Source: Promethearchaeota archaeon
Lineage (GTDB): Archaea; Asgardarchaeota; Lokiarchaeia; Sigyniarchaeales; SOKP01
NCBI GenBank assembly: GCA_018238625.1
Contig: JABCSY010000056.1
Coordinates: 1 to 25,759, forward strand
Length of the DNA: 25,759 bases
Direction: 5' to 3'
Within the stretch, counting starts at the first letter, position 1. Each line of letters opens with the position of its first letter. Of the stretch, positions 9,539 through 16,266 are shown one piece after another. Both the position numbers and the translations under genes were made by a program. The notes beneath the pieces were generated by a model. It saw only the letters and a list, made by a program, of their open reading frames with translations, was not told where the DNA came from and searched no databases.

Positions 9539-9556
9539 ATAAAAAAAAATAAAAAA
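9539..9556 (-). terminator. U-rich archaeal terminator candidate
   Basis: A-runs on + (T-tracts on -) just downstream of the 9570 stop codon. Confidence 0.4.
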
Positions 9557-9569
9557 GTAAAAGATTGGA

Positions 9570-9869
9570 TTAACTAATTAAACCAAAAAAAGCTGCTAAA
9601 AGTACTATAATTCCGCCGATTAAAGCCGCAAAAACAATTAGAACTATACCAATTGCCCCTAATATGAATGGGGTGTAATGTATCGGCTTTATGCCCAGAA
9701 AGATTGCTACTAACGCTAGAATTAGGCAAATAACGCCACCAAGTATTCCATATCCATATGGCATCAATCCTGAACCTACAAGTATCATGATTGCCTCGAC
9801 TATACTAATGATACCTCCTACAACTGCCATAATCCTCATAGCTTTATCTGTTTCTTGATATTCACTCAT
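9570..9869 (-). CDS. Small Gly-rich membrane protein (3-4 TM), unknown function
   Basis: Hydrophobic 99-aa ORF with a GTGA SD-like motif upstream. Confidence 0.75.
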   Translation of the reverse strand: MSEYQETDKAMRIMAVVGGIISIVEAIMILVGSGLMPYGYGILGGVICLILALVAIFLGIKPIHYTPFILGAIGIVLIVFAALIGGIIVLLAAFFGLIS

Positions 9870-10049
9870 TTAATTATCACTTTAAAAATATTTTAGTTTT
9901 TATCTAGAAAATAGATTATTTCCACTTAAAAATTTATAGCCTATTGTTTCGTAAACAATTGATAAATTGGAAAAAAAAATGAAGGTTTATTTACTTAATC
10001 CAAAATAAAAAGAGGCTTATTTAGAGAGCATAATCAGTAAGCTGTAAAA

Positions 10050-10153
10050 TGGGAGAGGAGGGATTCGAACCCTCGGCCACTTGGCCCCCAGCCAAGTTTT
10101 AAGCCGTAGAAGACATATTCCTACGGTATCATACCAAGCTAGACCACCCTCCC
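10050..10153 (-). tRNA. tRNA-Pro(GGG) with a 30-nt intron at position 25/26 (intron 10098-10127)
   Basis: Acceptor GGGAGGG/CTCTCCC, D-arm GTCT-AGCTTGGTA-TGAT, anticodon arm CTTGG-CTGGGGG-CCAAG, T-arm GAGGG-TTCGAAT-CCCTC, discriminator A, no encoded CCA. The insert forms a CCGTAGGA/TTCTACGG stem. Confidence 0.93.
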
Positions 10154-10340
10154 GTTTTTAAAAGGAGATTGTTACGTAAAAATTTGGTTATTGGTTGGCG
10201 TTAACACAGTTTTGTATTATTGAAAATCTTAAATTCTATTTATTTTTATTTATCCTATCTTTTAAACCGATAATTTTTAAATTCTTTGAGGTTTTTTAAC
10301 CTTATAGTTTTAATAAATTAAATTTAGCCTAGTTTAAAAA

Positions 10341-10637
10341 ATGCGTTCCAGAAAACCTTTTATTATTTTTTGGCCCCAATACTTCGACGCAAAAAGGAGT
10401 AGAACGGAGGGAAGACGCATTCCAAAGAAATTTGCTATTGATAAAATCAATACAAATGATATTGTAAAAGCAGCAAAACATCTAGGTTATAACGCTCATT
10501 CCGAAAAAGGATATAAATATCCTAGAACGTGGTGGGACGATCCTGGTAGAGTATCAATTGATACGAAAGGTAAGAAAAAATCTAAAGTCTTAGTCGAAGT
10601 TGCTAAAGAAATTAAAAAGTTACAACCAAAAAAATAG
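10341..10637 (+). CDS. srp19: Signal recognition particle protein SRP19
   Basis: IFWPQYFDAKRSRTEGRRIPK, YPRTWW and GRVSI...KSKVL motifs. Confidence 0.95.
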   Translation: MRSRKPFIIFWPQYFDAKRSRTEGRRIPKKFAIDKINTNDIVKAAKHLGYNAHSEKGYKYPRTWWDDPGRVSIDTKGKKKSKVLVEVAKEIKKLQPKK

Positions 10638-10646
10638 TTTTTTATC

Positions 10647-11018
10647 ATGCACGAGTTCTCTTTTGCTTATGACATCTTCAAAATTGCTGAAGCTACCGCT
10701 TTAAAATACAACGCTAATAAAATTTCAGAAGTATATCTCGAGATTGGCGAGTTAACCTTAATAGTTCCTGATTTGCTCAAACGGTCGTTTGAAATGGCAA
10801 CTAAAGGCTCGATTGCTGAGGGTGCCGAATTAAAAATAGAAATAACACCGGGAAAAATTAAGTGTCGAGATTGCAGTAAAATCTCAACCGTTACTTTAAG
10901 CGAAGAGTCGTACTTAACAGGGTTGCAATTATTTCAATGCAGACACTGCCAAAGCAAGAACACTGAAATAATAGAGGGAAAGAAAGCTAACGTGAAAAAC
11001 ATTAAAATTCAAGAATAA
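10647..11018 (+). CDS. hypA: Hydrogenase maturation nickel metallochaperone HypA
   Basis: N-terminal MHE Ni site, IGELT, two CxxC motifs (CRDC, CRHC), IIEG. Confidence 0.93.
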   Translation: MHEFSFAYDIFKIAEATALKYNANKISEVYLEIGELTLIVPDLLKRSFEMATKGSIAEGAELKIEITPGKIKCRDCSKISTVTLSEESYLTGLQLFQCRHCQSKNTEIIEGKKANVKNIKIQE

Positions 11019-11034
11019 GTCGTTTGAATTCATA

Positions 11035-11760
11035 ATGAATTTGAGAGTTATTTGGGAAGGTAATTTACCTTTAAAAAAAATAAAATGGGGCAAAAAGCAT
11101 CTTTCTGAATATAAATTACCACCTAAACAGGATTTAAAAAGAAGGGAAAATTGGAAACATCACTTACAAGAAAATCCTGCCGATTACGATGGTAAATTAT
11201 TGTTCTTAAAGAATTTCCTTCAAAAAAATGATAAAATAATTCTAGATATTGGATTGATTCGATTTTCAACAGTTATTTTCATGGAGAAAAATAAATTATG
11301 TGTGAATCAAGGTATTGGAATGCTTGGGACTCAATGCTTAATTTTTTCTCCTTGTAAAAAATATATCTTAGTAGGTGAACGTCCTTTATCCCAATCATAT
11401 TATCCAGGAATAACTACAGTTCCGGGTGGAATGCTTGAATTAGATGACTTAGATAATAAACCAAAAGAAGCCTTTATGAGGGAAATATATGAAGAAGCAC
11501 CGTTACCTTTTCAATCCGATGCTTGTTTATATGCTGTTTTAGCAGGATGGAATTTTATTTCTGTTACCTTTCTTACTTCGATAACAGTTACCGAAGATTA
11601 TAATTTTGACTCAACGGAAGTTATAACTGGGGATAAGAAAGAATGGAAGAACAACCTAAGGTGGCTTTCATTAGAAAATCTAAAAAATCTTCCATCTAAT
11701 AAATTACTTGATGGTCTGACTTATTTTCTATTAAAAATATCCAATTCTATAGAATATTAA
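11035..11760 (+). CDS. NUDIX-family hydrolase
   Basis: YPGITTVPGGMLE...AFMREIYEE Nudix box (with a small insertion) and an N-terminal YDGKL motif. Confidence 0.8.
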   Translation: MNLRVIWEGNLPLKKIKWGKKHLSEYKLPPKQDLKRRENWKHHLQENPADYDGKLLFLKNFLQKNDKIILDIGLIRFSTVIFMEKNKLCVNQGIGMLGTQCLIFSPCKKYILVGERPLSQSYYPGITTVPGGMLELDDLDNKPKEAFMREIYEEAPLPFQSDACLYAVLAGWNFISVTFLTSITVTEDYNFDSTEVITGDKKEWKNNLRWLSLENLKNLPSNKLLDGLTYFLLKISNSIEY

Positions 11761-11815
11761 GAATGTTTAGATTAAATTAACTTAGCTAAATAAACATTTA
11801 AAAGATAGAATGGCC

Positions 11816-12202
11816 CTAAATTAGTATAGCGTTAAGCACTCCATGCTGTCCAGGTCTGCTAATTATTTTAGCTTTACCCAACTCTGTTTCGACAATAGCG
11901 CCTTTGGTGATTATATGGCGTCTATTCAAATCTTTAGAGGCTGGATTACTGTCAAATTTTAATATCTTTAATTTTGAGGTTTTATTTGTATTAGGGTCTG
12001 TGACGTTTATAAACGTAGTTGAGAACATTTTGAGCTTGGAATTTCCCCCCATAGTGCGCTGATGTTTCTTTTTTTCTTGAGCTATACTAGTTTCAATTGG
12101 AGGTCTTTCTAATTCTCTTTTTCTTTTCTTATGGAAATGTTTATACTTCTTACCGGTATATTTGCGCTTAGAACGTGCTTGGCTGCGGGCGAACGTAAAC
12201 AC
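11816..12202 (-). CDS. rps8e: 30S ribosomal protein S8e
   Basis: RSKRKYTG, KKRKRELER, RTMGGNSK, IITKGAIVETELGKAKIISRPGQHGVLNAILI. Exact start uncertain. Confidence 0.97.
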   Translation of the reverse strand: MFTFARSQARSKRKYTGKKYKHFHKKRKRELERPPIETSIAQEKKKHQRTMGGNSKLKMFSTTFINVTDPNTNKTSKLKILKFDSNPASKDLNRRHIITKGAIVETELGKAKIISRPGQHGVLNAILI

Positions 12203-12373
12203 CTTATAAATATTATAATTAAAATTTAAATAATTAATAATTTAAAAGGCGGATATCTTTAAAATTTTATTAAATTTCAAAATCTATTGTACTTCAAATT
12301 CAAGACATCAATATATTTATTTTTCTTTAAATAACTCTATTTTAAATTTACATAAAAAAAGAAAGTGAAAACT

Positions 12374-12580
12374 ATGAAGGAAGAAGTATATGAGAAAATA
12401 AAAGATGATCTACCAGAAAAGTTAAGAAAAGATGTTGAGAAATACGGCCTAGAGAACTTTGATTTTGAAATATTAGACACCGCTTCTACAGAAGAAGAGT
12501 TAAATAGAAAACAGAAAGAATATATTAAGAAATATAATTCATTTGAGTCGCATGGATACAATTTACCAGAAAAAAATTGA
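12374..12580 (+). CDS. Small protein resembling the C-terminal half of a GIY-YIG endonuclease domain (degenerate)
   Basis: KYGLENFDFEILD...ELNRKQKEYIKKYNS...GYNL resembles the second half of GIY-YIG domains. No GIY/YIG motif present. Confidence 0.6.
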   Translation: MKEEVYEKIKDDLPEKLRKDVEKYGLENFDFEILDTASTEEELNRKQKEYIKKYNSFESHGYNLPEKN

Positions 12581-12741
12581 AAATTTCTTGTTTAAGTGTA
12601 AATTATTATTAGCAAAATTCTACACAAATCAGGACATTTTAAAATTTTTTTCACATAATCATATCATTCATAGCGATTTTTAAGAATTTTTAGTATGAAT
12701 CAGAAAATTTATTAAACAAATTAAAAGAAAATAACGCGATA

Positions 12742-12948
12742 AGGTGGTCTATAAAAAAGAGACATTGAATTAAAAGAGCTCGTTGGCATTGGAAGCGAAT
12801 TTTATTGAGGGTTTCCCTCGCTTGGGAAAAAGATTCTCGTTTCGGGAAAATAAACGAAAATATCATATAGATACCATTTGACCGTTCCTATATGGGGCGT
12901 TCAAGACCTTCAGTTACAGGTCAATAGAGAGGATGTCTAAATACGTCC
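12742..12948 (+). ncRNA. Candidate structured RNA / cis-regulatory leader of unknown family
   Basis: GC-enriched intergenic island with several helices, including three consecutive hairpins (12878-12904, 12905-12922, 12931-12948). G-U pairs mostly favour the + strand. Confidence 0.5.
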
Positions 12949-13052
12949 AGATTTTAAGTAACTGTTTATAAATTCTAAAAGTAAAATAAAAATAGGAGAA
13001 ACTAATTTATTTATTATAATTATTAAATTATCATCTAATTATTACAGAATAA

Positions 13053-13706
13053 TTGTTGAAGAGAATGATGGAAAACAGAAATAATATGCTAAACATGGAC
13101 GAGGATTCATTAAACCGAATTATTAAAACAAGTACTACTACCGTCGGGATAGTTGTTAAAGACGCCGTTGTCGTTGGAACGGAATCTCAAGCCACCGCGG
13201 GATACACAGTAGCTACTAAAACTGCACAGAAGCTCTTTCAGATTAACGATTACACTTGCGCTACAATCTCGGGCGGAGTAGCAGATTGTCAATATGTTGT
13301 TAACCAACTCAAAGCTCTTTCTAGGTTGAAGGAAGTAGAAGAAGAAAAAGTACCAGCCCCGCAATATATCGGGAGTTTAACGAGAAACATTCTATTTAGC
13401 GGAAGGTCTTACTTTGTATGCATGATGATAATCGGTGGATATTCCCAAAGGGATAAAAAAGGAATTCTTTATGGTGTTGATTTACTAGGCACTTTATACG
13501 AAGAAGATAATTACATTTCGTTTGGTTCCGGGTCTCCATTCTCTATAGGCGTTCTAGAGGCAGACTGGAAACGAAATATGACTAAAACTGCTGGTATTGA
13601 TCTGGTAAAAACCGCAATTACAAGTTCCCGAGAAAGAGATGCCGCATCGGGATTCAAGATTCAAATCTGTACCATTGATAAAAGTGGTTTCAAACAAATT
13701 CAATAA
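13053..13706 (+). CDS. psmB: 20S proteasome beta subunit
   Basis: Propeptide followed by TTTVGI, Glu17, Lys33 (QKL), GSGS and RDAASG. Start could be TTG 13053 or a downstream ATG. Confidence 0.95.
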   Translation: MLKRMMENRNNMLNMDEDSLNRIIKTSTTTVGIVVKDAVVVGTESQATAGYTVATKTAQKLFQINDYTCATISGGVADCQYVVNQLKALSRLKEVEEEKVPAPQYIGSLTRNILFSGRSYFVCMMIIGGYSQRDKKGILYGVDLLGTLYEEDNYISFGSGSPFSIGVLEADWKRNMTKTAGIDLVKTAITSSRERDAASGFKIQICTIDKSGFKQIQ

Positions 13707-13885
13707 ATCGTGTGTTAGTAGTTTAATATTTTCTTTAACTACTAATTATCAGAACTATTATTTTTATATAAAGATTTAAATGAAATTTATTGTATCAATT
13801 TTTTAAGTTTTAAAATTAAAAACAAACTTGAGAATTTATCTGGAAAATTCAAGGAGTTGAATCCAGAATCGAGATTATTGGATAT

Positions 13886-14143
13886 TTGGGAGATTTATTG
13901 GCTCAAAAAATCGATATAAGTCCACCTGCTGCCCGGGGATTAATAAAACTATCGATAAAGGACGAGTTAGGTCCTTTTAAACCGTATAATCAAATTGATT
14001 TTGAAGATTTGAAAAAAACTTTTGAAAATTCTCTAAAAAGAAGATTAATAAAATTAGAAGTTCAAGAATGGGAATCTATTCTTGATGATATAATAGATGA
14101 ACTAACTTTAAACCAGTCGTTAATAACAATTGGAGGAGTATAA
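13886..14143 (+). CDS. Small helical hypothetical protein
   Basis: 85-aa ORF (ISPPAARGLIKLSIKDELG) ending 3 nt before the next gene. The frame stays open upstream to 13832, so the start is uncertain. Confidence 0.7.
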   Translation: MGDLLAQKIDISPPAARGLIKLSIKDELGPFKPYNQIDFEDLKKTFENSLKRRLIKLEVQEWESILDDIIDELTLNQSLITIGGV

Positions 14144-14146
14144 AGG

Positions 14147-14932
14147 ATGACCCTTATTATTTTATTCTGGATTTTCGCAATATTGTTGATGTTATTTATT
14201 GTTTCACTCTTAGTTGTAGGTATTTTTTTCTTAATAAAAGGTAATCAAAACAAAATGAAGAACCTTATAGTTATAGGAATAGGTTTTATTGCAATGGTTA
14301 TAGGTTTTATTGGTAGTTTTGTCTTTAATTTGGGATTTGCTTTTCAAGAAGTTTTTGTTTTTATTGGATTTGTTTCAACAGTAATTTTTACAAATATGAC
14401 GTTTTACAAGGGTAGAAAGTCAAAAGCAAAAGTAGTATTAATTGTTACGGTAGTTTTAGGAATCATACAGCTTATACTTATGACACTCCACATTTATTTT
14501 TCAATTAATACCTACTATTTCAGAGTTACTTTAGATGTACCCTATACTTTTTTAGTCTTTAATTGGATGGCGTGGTCATCCTATTCCGCATACCAAAAAA
14601 TAAAGAATAACAATATTCAACCATGGATAAAAGTACGATACAAATTGGTTGCTTTCGTTTCATTTATTCTCAGTTTTAACAATATACCCGAATATTTTCA
14701 GCCTAAAGGTACTACATGGGGCGATCCGGATAATATAATAAGCCTAGCTGTTTTTGGTACAACTGCTATAATATCAGTAATTTTTGCATTTGGGTTTAGT
14801 TTAGCCTGGATGATGCCAAATTGGCTTAAAAAGTTTTTTAATAGGAATTATCAACTTTTAGACGAAAAAGAGTATACTGAAGAAGAATTAATGAATTTAA
14901 TTAGAGAACAATTAGCGAATAAGGATAATTGA
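14147..14932 (+). CDS. Predicted 7-TM membrane protein, unknown function
   Basis: Seven hydrophobic segments, then MPNWLKKFFNR and an acidic tail. GGAGGAG SD lies in the end of the previous gene. Confidence 0.8.
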   Translation: MTLIILFWIFAILLMLFIVSLLVVGIFFLIKGNQNKMKNLIVIGIGFIAMVIGFIGSFVFNLGFAFQEVFVFIGFVSTVIFTNMTFYKGRKSKAKVVLIVTVVLGIIQLILMTLHIYFSINTYYFRVTLDVPYTFLVFNWMAWSSYSAYQKIKNNNIQPWIKVRYKLVAFVSFILSFNNIPEYFQPKGTTWGDPDNIISLAVFGTTAIISVIFAFGFSLAWMMPNWLKKFFNRNYQLLDEKEYTEEELMNLIREQLANKDN

Positions 14933-14957
14933 AGTTAGTAATTTTTATGCTTATAGA

Positions 14958-15452
14958 TTAATCTTTAGCGAAGTTTATCGCTATTTGAAGCAATTTATTT
15001 TCTATATAGATAAAACCATTAATTTCCTTGCTTCTAGAATCCATTATTATCCATATTAAGTGTTTGAAATTTTTTATACCACAGTTATGATAAGATTTCA
15101 TGCATTTTTTATCAACACCACTCGGATTTGCTCCAGCGGGGTGAGAATGAAAAATTGCGATTAATTTTAAATTGTTATTTTGTGAAATAGTAGTTGCAAG
15201 TTTTATCAACATGTCATCGTTATCTAACAAGAATGCGACAGGACTTTTATTGCTAGAGTCAATACATTGAAAATCCTTACTATAATACTTATATTTAAAA
15301 TCGCCGTTATTATTAATTTCTTGAATTTCTCCGAAAATTAAACCGCACGCTTCATTCGGGGTGGTTCTTTCAATACAATGTTCTAATTCGTTAATTATGA
15401 TTTTGTCAATAAAAAAAATAATATCATTTTCAAATCTCATGTTATACTTCAT
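14958..15452 (-). CDS. JAMM/MPN+ (Mov34, M67) metalloprotease
   Basis: EACGLIFG plus IFHSHPAGANPSGVD match E-xn-HxH-x7-S-x2-D. Confidence 0.92.
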   Translation of the reverse strand: MKYNMRFENDIIFFIDKIIINELEHCIERTTPNEACGLIFGEIQEINNNGDFKYKYYSKDFQCIDSSNKSPVAFLLDNDDMLIKLATTISQNNNLKLIAIFHSHPAGANPSGVDKKCMKSYHNCGIKNFKHLIWIIMDSRSKEINGFIYIENKLLQIAINFAKD

Positions 15453-15469
15453 ACTCGAATTAAAATTCC

Positions 15470-16150
15470 TTAAAATAACGTTAAAGCAGCGTTTAAAGCG
15501 GCTAACCGTGATATGTGGGGGTTTGCACCCAAACCTATTATTATCACATCGTCTTTCTCAAATAATACTTTAGCTTTTATAATTTTAGATGTAAAATACT
15601 TCAGAGTTTTTTGATTGATTTTCTTTTGTTCTTCGGCGCTATTATTTACAAATTTAGAAGGGAATACAATATCTTTTCCGTCATACACAAGACAAGTAGC
15701 TCCAGAACCATTAACCTTTATCGCCGCGTCTCTTTGCTCGATTCCGTTCTTTATCTTCTTAGTAGCGTTTTTAACCAAGCAAAAGTAAGGATTAACGTTT
15801 TCAGGTTCAATAATAATATCTTTTAAAAAAGTAAGGTCCGCTTTTTCTAATAAAGGAATTTTTTTTTTTATTTTAGCAAAAAATTTATGTCCTTTTTCAG
15901 TCAAAATATGCCCTTTCCTCCTTTCCCCTTCGTCTGGAACTACAATAAAACCACTTACATCTTTTAGTTTTTTAACCAAAGATTTAGCTGTTCCTGATCC
16001 AATTTGTAATTCATCTTTAAGGCGATATCTTCCAATACCATCTGGATTTTCTCCAAATATAAATAAAGATAATATAACATGAACATAATCGAAAGTTGGT
16101 CTAATAGTTAAACTTTCAAATAGAGGTTTCAATTCACTTAATTCTTTCAT
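15470..16150 (-). CDS. Archaeal wHTH protein, DUF4443/DUF2111-like
   Basis: IGRYRLKDELQIGSGTAKSLVKKL HTH, GHILTEKG wing, GIEQRDAAIKVNGSGAT motif. Confidence 0.75.
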   Translation of the reverse strand: MKELSELKPLFESLTIRPTFDYVHVILSLFIFGENPDGIGRYRLKDELQIGSGTAKSLVKKLKDVSGFIVVPDEGERRKGHILTEKGHKFFAKIKKKIPLLEKADLTFLKDIIIEPENVNPYFCLVKNATKKIKNGIEQRDAAIKVNGSGATCLVYDGKDIVFPSKFVNNSAEEQKKINQKTLKYFTSKIIKAKVLFEKDDVIIIGLGANPHISRLAALNAALTLF

Positions 16151-16266
16151 GCTCTTGATATTTAAAGAAATCGTTTGTAAAAAAATATTACATCAAATAA
16201 AATTATAAGTTAAAATAGTATTATATATAATCGATAATTATTATTTTATCGAGAAGTCGGCGAAAA

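Noticed and set aside
9870-10340. Integrated element or att site at the tRNA-Pro
   Set aside because: No integrase and no duplicated tRNA 3' end seen in the window; flanks are ordinary genes.
12783-12881. 32-codon TTG-initiated ORF inside the structured element
   Set aside because: No clear SD or recognisable motif, and it does not explain the hairpins beyond 12881. Not fully excluded as a leader peptide.
12923-12936. ATAGAGAGGAT resembling the U6 snRNA ACAGAGA box
   Set aside because: Short, mismatched, and not followed by the AGC triad or a U6-like stem-loop.
12742-12948. SRP (7S) RNA or RNase P RNA, suggested by nearby srp19
   Set aside because: No SRP helix-8 signature and no RNase P GAGGAAAGUCC-type motif on either strand.
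12895-12950. Group I intron core (GTTCAAGACCT resembles the R element; GIY-YIG-like gene nearby)
   Set aside because: The complement of GACCT is only 8 nt away, leaving no room for P3/P8; no convincing S element and no interrupted host gene.
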